Positions 10,255 to 18,990 of a stretch of 64,000 bases of DNA are shown piece after piece. The DNA is from Spirochaetota bacterium. GTDB lineage: Bacteria > Spirochaetota > UBA4802 > JAFGDQ01. The notes under the pieces were generated by a model. The model was not told the DNA's origin, ran no database searches, and saw only the letters and a program-made list of their open reading frames with translations. A program made the position numbers and the translations under genes. Positions within the stretch are counted from its first letter, which is position 1. Each line of letters starts with the position of its first letter. The stretch covers positions 29,527 to 93,526 of the forward strand of contig JAFGDQ010000047.1 in the NCBI GenBank assembly GCA_016932015.1. The letters run 5' to 3'.

Positions 10255-10427
10255 AAACTGCAGATGATATAAAAGTAATTCTATACGACATTAACGCGAA
10301 GGATTGTGATACAGCTTTCGGATTTTTAAAGCTGGAATGTCCCTCAAAAATTCCATTCGGGTCGGAAGAAGAATTTAAGAAGCATATTGAAAATTTAAAA
10401 GAGCAGGGCTTCAGGCATAAGGAAGTA

Positions 10428-11360
10428 ATGGTTCTGAAACCTTTTAAAGGACGCTTTTTTCAGATGTGTCCGGGCTCTCCCGGAGTGATCTGCTGCAATT
10501 ACAGGGTAATCAACACCTGTTTCGGATGCATTTATGACTGCGCGTACTGCTTTTTAAATTCATATCTTAATACATTCGGCATTACCCAGTTCACAAATAC
10601 ACAGGATCTTCTTGCAGAGATTGATAATTTTATAAGCACTTCTGACGGCCGGTTCCTTTACAGAATAGGTTCAGGTGAATTCACTGATTCAATGATGATT
10701 GATGAAGTTACAGGACTGGGGCGGCTTTTAATAGACAAGTTTAAGGATTGCGGTAACGCAATGCTTGAACTGAAGACAAAATCAGACAATGTTGATCATC
10801 TGCTGAACATTAAACACAAAGGGAATGCGGTTCTTGCATGGAGCCTTAACACAGAACGGAATATCGCGCTGTATGAAAAAGATACAGCACTGCTGGACGA
10901 AAGGCTGGAAGCAGCGGAAAAGGCTTGTAAAGCAGGCTATTTCCTGGCATTCCATTTTGATCCGATAATAGTATATCCTGAATGGGAAAAGGATTATAAA
11001 AGTGTTGTAAAAAAGCTTTTTTCAGTAATTAATCCTGAAAAGATTGTCTGGATATCAATGGGAGGGTTCAGATATACTCCCTCCTTTAAGGAAATATTAA
11101 GAGAATTGTTTCCGGCAGAAGAGCTTACGGTTCAGGAGATGTTCCCCGGAGTAGACGGCAAATACAGATACCTGAAAAAAAACAGGATTGATATTTACAG
11201 AAAAATGAAAAGTTTTATCAATGAATTCACGGATAAACCGTTTGTCTATTTATGTATGGAGACTAAGGATGTCTGGAGTTCCGTTTTTGGCAGATATTAT
11301 GACACGTCGGAGCTTTTTGAAAAGGATTTTGCCGAATATTTACAGAAGACATTTTTTTAG
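10428..11360 (+). CDS. spore-photoproduct-lyase-like radical SAM protein (SplB/COG1533-like); true start probably upstream
   Basis: CxxxCxxC motif CIYDCAYC, size and layout like SP-lyase family. The frame stays open and protein-like from 10209 to 10427 without ATG/GTG/TTG. Confidence 0.6.
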   Translation: MVLKPFKGRFFQMCPGSPGVICCNYRVINTCFGCIYDCAYCFLNSYLNTFGITQFTNTQDLLAEIDNFISTSDGRFLYRIGSGEFTDSMMIDEVTGLGRLLIDKFKDCGNAMLELKTKSDNVDHLLNIKHKGNAVLAWSLNTERNIALYEKDTALLDERLEAAEKACKAGYFLAFHFDPIIVYPEWEKDYKSVVKKLFSVINPEKIVWISMGGFRYTPSFKEILRELFPAEELTVQEMFPGVDGKYRYLKKNRIDIYRKMKSFINEFTDKPFVYLCMETKDVWSSVFGRYYDTSELFEKDFAEYLQKTFF

Positions 11361-11507
11361 TTGTATATTTTATGTGCGGTTTTAATTTGTCTTCTGTCAA
11401 TTGCTCCACAGGTTTGTTTCCTGTCGGAATTCAATCGGAATAATTATATATTTATAGTGTATGATCAGGGGTTTTCCGGCTTAATCAAGATATTGTGAGG
11501 AAGTTTT

Positions 11508-12626
11508 TTGGCAGATCAGGATTACAGGGAAGTTATAAAAGAACTTAATACGGTTTTTGTAAAGGCCGCTTCTCTTTATGACTCAATTAATATAGCAGGT
11601 TTAAAGGAAGAACTTAAAACGCTTGAGCAGGAAACATTTAAGGACGGTTTCTGGAAAGACCAGGAAAAAGTTACCGAAGTCAATCTTAAAATCAGCAGGC
11701 TGAAAAAACGTATTGATCCATGGGACAAGCTTGTAAATCAGATCAGGGATGAGAAGGAACTGGCCGAAATAGCATTATCTGAATCTGATGAATCGATTCT
11801 GAGGGAGATCGCTTTAAAAGTTGACGGGTTCAATGACAGGTTTGATGAGCTTGAAAATATTGAACTGTTTTCAGATGAGAACGATTTAAACAGCGCGTTT
11901 ATTGAAATTCACCCTGGAGCAGGCGGAACGGAATCCCAGGACTGGGCATTGATGCTTTTACGGATGTATATGCGCTGGGCAGAGGATAATGGTTTCGGGC
12001 TTGAACAGGTAGATTATACTCCCGGAGATGAAGCCGGAATAAAGAGCAGTACCATACTGGTAAGGGGCGATTACGCGTACGGGCTGCTGAAGTCCGAGCG
12101 CGGCATTCACAGGCTTGTGAGAATCTCTCCTTTTGACGCGAACAGCAGAAGGCATACCTCGTTTGCTTCCGTTGAAATACTTCCTGAGGTACCGGATAAT
12201 ATTGAAATTGATATTAACGAAAACGAGCTCCGCATTGACACATACCGTTCATCCGGTGCAGGCGGACAGCATGTAAATAAAACAGACTCCGCAGTAAGAA
12301 TCACTCATCTTCCCACAGGGATAGTTGTACAGTGCCAGAATGAAAGATCACAGCATAAGAATAAAGCTTTCGCAATGAAGGTGTTAAAATCAAAGCTGTA
12401 TGATTTAAAGAAGAAAGAACAGGCAGATGAAAAGCAGGAGAAGATGGGGCAGAAAAAGGACATTTCATGGGGGAATCAGATAAGGTCCTACGTTTTTCAT
12501 CCTTATACTCTTGTCAAGGACCACAGGACTGACGAGGAGACAGGAAACGCGGATGGTGTACTGGACGGAGACCTTAACAGGTTTATTTACGCTTTTCTTA
12601 AATTTATGCGTACCCGGAAATCCTGA
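11508..12626 (+). CDS. prfB: peptide chain release factor 2
   Basis: SPF tripeptide (RISPFD) and GGQ (SGAGGQHVNKTDSAVRITH). TTG start preceded by GAGGA. Single uninterrupted frame. Confidence 0.9.
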   Translation: MADQDYREVIKELNTVFVKAASLYDSINIAGLKEELKTLEQETFKDGFWKDQEKVTEVNLKISRLKKRIDPWDKLVNQIRDEKELAEIALSESDESILREIALKVDGFNDRFDELENIELFSDENDLNSAFIEIHPGAGGTESQDWALMLLRMYMRWAEDNGFGLEQVDYTPGDEAGIKSSTILVRGDYAYGLLKSERGIHRLVRISPFDANSRRHTSFASVEILPEVPDNIEIDINENELRIDTYRSSGAGGQHVNKTDSAVRITHLPTGIVVQCQNERSQHKNKAFAMKVLKSKLYDLKKKEQADEKQEKMGQKKDISWGNQIRSYVFHPYTLVKDHRTDEETGNADGVLDGDLNRFIYAFLKFMRTRKS

Positions 12627-12628
12627 GC

Positions 12629-13069
12629 TTAGTATTTTATTCTGCGGATGAATTTTAACGTGTTTATGTCATTATGAATTGAAGTCATTTTTTCTTCCAT
12701 TTCCTTAATTACTTTTTTCCTGTCCTTAAACAGATCATACATCTTCTTTTCCGAAGCTTCCATTGTAACAAAGACTTTTTTGATAATATCTTCATCCCTT
12801 TTGCTGAAAAAGCTGTTAAATCTGTTCTTTTCTATACCGGTTATTTTGCATATATTACTAATTAGAGTTTGTATGTCGAATTCTAGAGAGTCGAGTCTGA
12901 CAAATAAGTCGCTGTCAGACTGCAGAAGGCCGGTTATTTCTTCCTCGTTACCGGATTTTACCAGATAGCGCAGCTGAATTTCATTTCGGTTTATTTGTTC
13001 AAGCAGATTATTTTTGTCATTAAAGAATGAAACCAGTCTTTCAAACAGCGTGGAAAGGTCATCCCTCAA
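12629..13069 (-). CDS. helical hypothetical protein translationally coupled to fliS (possible flagellar chaperone-like)
   Basis: Its start overlaps the fliS stop by 11 nt. All-helical, charged 146-aa sequence. No recognisable motif. Confidence 0.4.
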   Translation of the reverse strand: MRDDLSTLFERLVSFFNDKNNLLEQINRNEIQLRYLVKSGNEEEITGLLQSDSDLFVRLDSLEFDIQTLISNICKITGIEKNRFNSFFSKRDEDIIKKVFVTMEASEKKMYDLFKDRKKVIKEMEEKMTSIHNDINTLKFIRRIKY

Positions 13070-13493
13070 TACTGAAGCTTCCCTTTTTATTTATATTCAT
13101 ACCGTCGGTTGGTGTTTCTTTTGCTGAAATTTTATCCCATGAATCGCGCATTACAGTGAGGTGATTCAGAACTTCCTGCACTATTTCAGGACTTTTTTGT
13201 ATGTTTGCTTCAAGAAGTCTTTTTTTAAAGTAGAGGTATAAATTGAACAGATTGGATGATATTTCTCCGCCTTCTTTCATGTTCAGGGAAAGAAGCAGTT
13301 CTGTTATAATGTCCTGAGCTTTGAGTATATTAGTGTTTACAACATCATAGGTTTTTATATCCATATTGTTAAGAGCAATATTAAGGAATTTAATAGCTCC
13401 GTCATAAAGCATTACAATAAGCTTTCCCTGGTTTGCGGTGTTAATTTCAGTTGATTTGTACTGATCGTACGGATTTTTTTGAGGCAAAGCCAT
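13059..13493 (-). CDS. fliS: flagellar export chaperone FliS
   Basis: NPYDQYKSTEINTANQGKLIVMLYDGAIKFL N-terminus and 144-aa length are typical of FliS. Confidence 0.85.
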   Translation of the reverse strand: MALPQKNPYDQYKSTEINTANQGKLIVMLYDGAIKFLNIALNNMDIKTYDVVNTNILKAQDIITELLLSLNMKEGGEISSNLFNLYLYFKKRLLEANIQKSPEIVQEVLNHLTVMRDSWDKISAKETPTDGMNINKKGSFSIEG

Positions 13494-13540
13494 TAACTCC
13501 TCCCGATTTCCTGTTGTTCTGCAAAATTTTAGTAATACTA

Positions 13541-13568
13541 ATATCGGCTGTATTTTTTAAAAACTTGA
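13541..13568 (-). promoter_or_regulatory. sigma-28 (FliA)-type promoter upstream of fliS
   Basis: The minus strand reads TCAAGTTT-N12-GCCGATAT, versus the remembered consensus TAAAGTTT-N11-GCCGATAA. It lies about 50 nt upstream of the fliS ATG. Confidence 0.55.
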
Positions 13569-13697
13569 TCAAATAACGCTTAGTATAAGCTGTACAGGTT
13601 ACGGTTTTATTATCGATGAAAACAGGAAGCCCGTTGATATTAAAACTCCTGTTAGAAAAATTTTATAGCAGTTCAGCAGCTATATAGCAATAAGATT

Positions 13698-14591
13698 TTA
13701 TAAAATATTTTGTATTTTCTCAAATATTTCTTTATACTTATCCAGTGTTTTCTGAATAATTTCATCCGGAAGCGGCGGCGGCGGTGAATTTTTATCCCAG
13801 TCTGTAGTGTCAAGATAATCCCTTATGAACTGTTTGTCATAACTTACCGGAGATGTTCCGATTTTGTATGTTGAGCTGTCCCAGAATCTGGAGCTGTCCG
13901 GCGTCAGAGCCTCGTCAATAAGGATAATCTCTCCGTTCAGAATACCGAATTCGAGTTTGGTGTCTGCGAGTAAAATACCGGCATTCTGCATTTTATTCTT
14001 GGCAAAATCATATATTTTAAGAGTCAGTTCTGCAAGCTGATCCGTTTTTTCTTTTCCAAGCTTTTCTCCCATTTCTGCAGCTGATATGTTCATGTCATGA
14101 CCGTCAGTAGCTTTTGTTGCAGGAGTAAAAACCGGTTCCGGAAGTTCCTGAGCCATCTGCAGTCCTTCAGGCAGCTTTATCCCGCAGACTTCGCCGGTCT
14201 GCTGATAATCCTTCCAGCCGCTTCCTATGATATATCCTCTTGCTACGCATTCAAAATCAATTCTTTCCGCTCTTCTTACAATTACCGATCTGTCCCTTAG
14301 CTGTTCAGGATGTTTGCGAAAAGGTTCCGGAAAATTCGAGACATCGGTTTCAACAATATGGTTTTTTATAAATGTAAGATTTGAAAACCATAAGTTGGAA
14401 ATCTGATTGAGTATAATGCCTTTGCCTTCAATTCCGTTCGGAAATACATGGTCAAAAGCTGAAATTCTGTCAGTGGAAACAATCAGGAAATGCTCTTTAT
14501 CAACTTCAAAAATATCTCTTACTTTACCGCTGAAAGCTTTTTTTGCCCCCGGTATATCTGTTGTCAAAATTGCGCTCATTTCATTCTCCAA
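13698..14591 (-). CDS. purC: phosphoribosylaminoimidazole-succinocarboxamide (SAICAR) synthase
   Basis: GKVRDIF...LIVSTDRISAFD and LADTKLEFG motifs. 297 aa, the long form. Confidence 0.9.
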   Translation of the reverse strand: MENEMSAILTTDIPGAKKAFSGKVRDIFEVDKEHFLIVSTDRISAFDHVFPNGIEGKGIILNQISNLWFSNLTFIKNHIVETDVSNFPEPFRKHPEQLRDRSVIVRRAERIDFECVARGYIIGSGWKDYQQTGEVCGIKLPEGLQMAQELPEPVFTPATKATDGHDMNISAAEMGEKLGKEKTDQLAELTLKIYDFAKNKMQNAGILLADTKLEFGILNGEIILIDEALTPDSSRFWDSSTYKIGTSPVSYDKQFIRDYLDTTDWDKNSPPPPLPDEIIQKTLDKYKEIFEKIQNIL

Positions 14592-14703
14592 AAATAAGAT
14601 ATTAATAATAAAACAGTTGAAATCCTGATATCGGGCATTCAGATTAATGCATATTACAAAACCCGGCTGAATCGGTTTATCTGCCGGTATTTATAATGAT
14701 AAA

Positions 14704-15228
14704 ATGATGTCAGGAAATATTATTAAACCTGTAAACGGTATAAGCAAGCATATTTCATTGCTGAAAATATTAAAACTGTTTTTTCTGTTTTCCGTAATTT
14801 TAATTGCAGGCTATTTTTCAGGCAGCTTAGCCGGCAGGTCAATTGTAAGCAGCATTATTACAGGCAAAAAATCCGTGTTTTTTCTTTATCGGATTCCTCT
14901 CGGCTATATAGTCTCAGCCGGCCTTCTTTCAAGCGAAGACGAACTTAAGCGCACCGAAGGCTATTATGCCTTGCTTGACAACAATATGATTGACCCGGAA
15001 TTTTTAATCGAAAGATATAAGAGAGAAACCGGCTATATTAAACCGCTTATAATCTGGCTGATCTCTTTTTCTAAGGATAAAGACCCGGTTCTTGAGTTTC
15101 TGTCGGAAGAATATCAGGGAGCTGATATGAGAATAAAAAACGGGATTCTTGATACCATGAAAAGAATGGATAAATCATTCTTTGATGATTTTGTAAAATT
15201 GCACGGGATTGATATTGATAATATGTAA
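14704..15228 (+). CDS. hypothetical membrane-anchored protein
   Basis: One N-terminal TM helix (LKLFFLFSVILIAGYFSG). No recognised domain. Confidence 0.4.
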   Translation: MMSGNIIKPVNGISKHISLLKILKLFFLFSVILIAGYFSGSLAGRSIVSSIITGKKSVFFLYRIPLGYIVSAGLLSSEDELKRTEGYYALLDNNMIDPEFLIERYKRETGYIKPLIIWLISFSKDKDPVLEFLSEEYQGADMRIKNGILDTMKRMDKSFFDDFVKLHGIDIDNM

Positions 15229-15281
15229 TTACCGAAAATAAAATAACTGCGGTTAAGCCTATATCCTTTATTTTAATCTTA

Positions 15282-16382
15282 TTAATTCACCTTACTGAAA
15301 TTTTTTAAATACTTCGCATTAAGAACCACCAGGATTATTGAAGCAATAAACAGTACTGTTGCAATAACGGGAATTATATAATGGGCTTTTCCCGTAAGAC
15401 AGATAATGAAGAATACTATGGAGAAAAATTCCTTCTTGGTAAAATATTTCAGTCTGTTGGCAATAATGACAAACGGGTCATTGGGCGGCAGATTTTGTAA
15501 AAATTCCCTGTCATAAGTTACTAGCGAACCGTTATCACTGTACTTTCTTAAATATCTGACCATTGAAAAAATCATGGTTATAAGTCCTGCGAAAGCGAGC
15601 GCAATAACAATAACAGGAATTATTCCGTTTGTATTTATATAGTACAGGTAGGAACATCCTGCAATAAAAACGAGCAGTGTTAAATTATCGCTTAATGTAT
15701 CCAGCCATGCGCCTAACTTTGAGAATTTGAAAGTGAATTTCGCGACTTCCCCGTCAACGCCGTCCATGATTGACGCGAGCTGAAAAAGCAGTCCTCCGAA
15801 AACAATGTGCCAATAGGTATTAAAGAGAAGCAGTATTCCGCTCATTAAACCAATGAGTATATTAACAAAAGTCAGATAATTCGGATGAATTCTTGTATTA
15901 GCGATACGCGAACTTACAGGCATGGAAAGCCTTTTATTAATTTTTTGCGCTATAAATCCGCCTGTATTTTTAATGATATATGATTTTACCAGTTTTACGG
16001 CGTTTTTAAAATCCGGTTCTGTTTCAAGTAAAAACTGTTTATCATTCAGAACAGGAATATAATTCTTTTTTTCTTTTTTAAAGAATTTATCAAAATCAGA
16101 GAAATGATGTACCTGCATGAAGATATTAGCTGGAATAGAAAGGTCTGTTGATCCGGATTTTTTCTTATCTGTAATTGAAATATTGCTGTTTAGCTTCTTC
16201 AGATGTTTATTTATTTTCTTTTCAAAAAAATTTTTCTCATCATCTGAAAGATCCAGATAAATTTTTTTGACACCTGCTTTAAACAGTAATACTATATTTC
16301 TTTCAAGCGGATAAAGTCCGCATAATTTTTTTTTAAAATTATATGTCTTTTCTGATTTTATTAAAACTGTTTCCGGAACCAT
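15282..16382 (-). CDS. CDP-alcohol phosphatidyltransferase family membrane protein with N-terminal soluble extension
   Basis: DGVDGEVAKFTFKFSKLGAWLDTLSDN fits D-G-x2-A-R/K-x8-G-x3-D-x3-D. Multiple TM helices. N-terminal ~150 aa resemble a nucleotidyltransferase fold (LERNIVLLFKAGVKKIYL) but lack a GxGxR loop. Confidence 0.7.
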   Translation of the reverse strand: MVPETVLIKSEKTYNFKKKLCGLYPLERNIVLLFKAGVKKIYLDLSDDEKNFFEKKINKHLKKLNSNISITDKKKSGSTDLSIPANIFMQVHHFSDFDKFFKKEKKNYIPVLNDKQFLLETEPDFKNAVKLVKSYIIKNTGGFIAQKINKRLSMPVSSRIANTRIHPNYLTFVNILIGLMSGILLLFNTYWHIVFGGLLFQLASIMDGVDGEVAKFTFKFSKLGAWLDTLSDNLTLLVFIAGCSYLYYINTNGIIPVIVIALAFAGLITMIFSMVRYLRKYSDNGSLVTYDREFLQNLPPNDPFVIIANRLKYFTKKEFFSIVFFIICLTGKAHYIIPVIATVLFIASIILVVLNAKYLKNFSKVN

Positions 16383-16606
16383 GTGTTATTCCCTGATGAT
16401 TTATCATTAAAATATTATTCCGCACTTATTCATATATACGTCAATATTGGTCAATAATTATTAGGATTTAAATTAAATTTATTTTTCAGGATAGATAGTA
16501 TGAATTTTTTTGATTTTTTGTGACTATTCAGCTGTAGTTTCTCAAGAAGGCTTAAATGGTTTTTAATTAAGTTATACAATTTTGATCAAAAGAATAACAT
16601 TTTTAC

Positions 16607-16634
16607 TTGACTTTGAAAAATTTTGCAACATAAT
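16607..16634 (+). promoter_or_regulatory. candidate sigma-70-type promoter
   Basis: TTGACT (16607-16612), 16-nt spacer, CATAAT (16629-16634). About 140 nt upstream of the ATG at 16775. Confidence 0.35.
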
Positions 16635-16774
16635 GTTACTGTTTTTTCCGATAAATATATAAGCTGTTAATATATATGAATAATTATTTATTTTCCATAT
16701 TATTAAGGAAACAGCGGTATTTTATTTCAATATTCATTCATACAGGTTATCCTAAAATTAAGAGGAGTTCGGCA

Positions 16775-17431
16775 ATGATAAAAGTAACTAGATATATTCT
16801 CGCATTTGTCATTACTCTGTTTTTCATTACATCATCTTATGCTCAATTCGATACTGTTAAAAAAGAATTTAATCCTCTATATAAGGCAATAGATGTAGTA
16901 AAAAGTTTAAGCTATGATAATTTCAAACGTATTAAATTACTGCATACCGCTATTATGAATTACGGCGGGGGCAAAGAAGAGTTCGACAGAATAGTTGACG
17001 TTTATGCCGAAGCAAGTGCTTTGTACTTTCAAAACAAAATTACCGAATCTGCGAATTTATTCACTAAAAACAAGAAGGACATTGATGAAGTAGCTATCAG
17101 AGTAGCGAATGTTTATAAAAAAGACGCTGATGAACTTCATACGAGCATTATAAAAATGCATGTTAAGTATAATGTTAAAATGTCGTTAAAGGGTGAAAAA
17201 GTCAATCCGCAGGCTGATGTTGCTATAAACGGCGCTTCATACGGAGTTCAGAAAGCCAATGACTATCTGATCAGATCTAGGCCTGTTCAGGCGATATATT
17301 ATTTCAGAAGAGCAAAAGACAGCTGCTTTCAGGTTTATAAAGTTCTTGAAGTTCCGCTGCCGGAAAAATTTAACAAGGATATAGTTGATAATAAGAATCA
17401 GGTTTATGTTTCAAAAGAGAAAAAGGTTTAA
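16775..17431 (+). CDS. exported hypothetical protein
   Basis: Start moved to the internal ATG at 16775, preceded by AGAGGAG. MIKVTRYILAFVITLFFITSSYAQ is a signal peptide. Confidence 0.5.
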   Translation: MIKVTRYILAFVITLFFITSSYAQFDTVKKEFNPLYKAIDVVKSLSYDNFKRIKLLHTAIMNYGGGKEEFDRIVDVYAEASALYFQNKITESANLFTKNKKDIDEVAIRVANVYKKDADELHTSIIKMHVKYNVKMSLKGEKVNPQADVAINGASYGVQKANDYLIRSRPVQAIYYFRRAKDSCFQVYKVLEVPLPEKFNKDIVDNKNQVYVSKEKKV

Positions 17432-17444
17432 TTATTATTTTTTT

Positions 17445-18227
17445 TCATTCATAAGCCTGCAGTTCGTTATCCTTCTTCAAAATAAACAGAGAGAGTATTC
17501 TTATTTCTTTATTGGGATGTGTAAGAAATTCGATTACTCTTTCGCGTGTTTTCTCATTCAGCAAATAACCGTTCAGAGCTTTTAGAGCTGCTTTCAGCAG
17601 ACTGATTTTATAGTAATTCTCTTTGCTGATAATTATTTCCAGTAATACATCAAACAGTTTTTTATTTTTTACTTTAAGATTTTCCAGAGCCGCAAGTCTG
17701 ACATTTACTTTTGGATCTTTTAATGCTTCAAGAATGTACGGAATTGAAACCTGCTGAATGAGAGTATCATTTATCATTAGAAGGCCCCTTATAGATTCCT
17801 CCCTGATAAACCAGTCGTTGCTTTCAAGTCCTTTGGCAAATAAAGGTGCAGCAGTAGGATCGCGGTAGTTCGCCAGAGCCTGAATTCCGGCAAGTTTTAC
17901 ACTTATATTATTTTCCGATTCAGCGATTGCTTTTATCTGTCTTTTCGCTTTCTTTTCTTTCCTGGAACCCAGGCATTTAAGGGCGTCTATACGTACAGCC
18001 GAATGAGAGTCATCAAGCGCTTTTATCAGCATATCTGTTGCTTCAGGATACTTGTATGCACATATTCTGTTTACTGCTTTTTCTCTCTCCTCCCAGCTGC
18101 TGCTTTCATAAAGAGCTAATAAATTTTTTACGTTTTTCTTTTCTTCTTCAAGAAGCAATTTTTGTGAGCATCCGTTAATTGCGGTTAAAATAAAGAAAAG
18201 AAACAGGATATGCTTTTTGCCTGTCAA
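17445..18227 (-). CDS. HEAT-repeat lipoprotein
   Basis: Lipobox LTAINGC. Repeated HEAT/PBS-lyase-like units (DDSHSAVRIDALKCLG, DPKVNVRLAALENL, HPNKEIRILSLFIL). Confidence 0.6.
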   Translation of the reverse strand: MTGKKHILFLFFILTAINGCSQKLLLEEEKKNVKNLLALYESSSWEEREKAVNRICAYKYPEATDMLIKALDDSHSAVRIDALKCLGSRKEKKAKRQIKAIAESENNISVKLAGIQALANYRDPTAAPLFAKGLESNDWFIREESIRGLLMINDTLIQQVSIPYILEALKDPKVNVRLAALENLKVKNKKLFDVLLEIIISKENYYKISLLKAALKALNGYLLNEKTRERVIEFLTHPNKEIRILSLFILKKDNELQAYE

Positions 18228-18928
18228 TACTGCCTCTTCCTGAGTATATAGTCAAGAATACTGGTTTCCTGTTTGTCTTTAACCAGTATTCTTCTTTTAT
18301 CTTTTACGTAATAATGATCAAGCCATGAGTCGAGTATGTCCTGAGGAAGCGCTACCGGCTCTGAAGGAGCGCTGTTCCGTACTATGCTCACTTCTTCATT
18401 TGTTTTAACAGTAAATGATTTTATAATGTTCCGGTTTGAATTCGCAATCTCCGCCCTTCCTTCAAATACGGCAAGTTTTGTCTGATACTCACTTGTTATT
18501 ACTGCAAAATCTGTTTGAACATCATTGACGCCGATTATTGCCGCGTTTGTTTTGAAAATAAGATTTCGTCCTTTAAAATTTTTATCAATATTTAATCTAA
18601 GTTTGCCAATATCAAATTTAATTTTAGTCGGAGAATCATCGCTCTGATTTTTTATGCCCGTTATTTGCAGAACGGATAATTCGCGAAGAAAAATCTTTGT
18701 ATTATCAAAAAGCAGAATTTCGGCGTATGACTTCATTCCGGTTCTGATTCTCTGTGTTGTTTTTAACCTGGTGCCTATGGCTGCGATTATGCGGCTCCCG
18801 GAGTCCTCATCTGTAAGGTCAACGTCTCCGGTTAATTGAATAATTCTTCCTACAGACTGAGCAGCATATGAGTTTGTTCCTGAATTGAACAGAAGAAGGA
18901 CGGATAGTAAAAATAGGATTTTTTTCAT
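18224..18928 (-). CDS. FecR-domain exported protein
   Basis: Signal peptide. GDVDL...IGTRLKTTQRIRTGMKSYAEILLFDNTKIFLRELSVLQI matches the FecR domain pattern. 4-nt overlap with the downstream HEAT gene. Confidence 0.55.
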   Translation of the reverse strand: MKKILFLLSVLLLFNSGTNSYAAQSVGRIIQLTGDVDLTDEDSGSRIIAAIGTRLKTTQRIRTGMKSYAEILLFDNTKIFLRELSVLQITGIKNQSDDSPTKIKFDIGKLRLNIDKNFKGRNLIFKTNAAIIGVNDVQTDFAVITSEYQTKLAVFEGRAEIANSNRNIIKSFTVKTNEEVSIVRNSAPSEPVALPQDILDSWLDHYYVKDKRRILVKDKQETSILDYILRKRQY

Positions 18929-18990
18929 ACCTGTATCTCCGTTATGAATTCATAATGATAATTAGCTTTGAAAATCTACCTTTAATTTTT

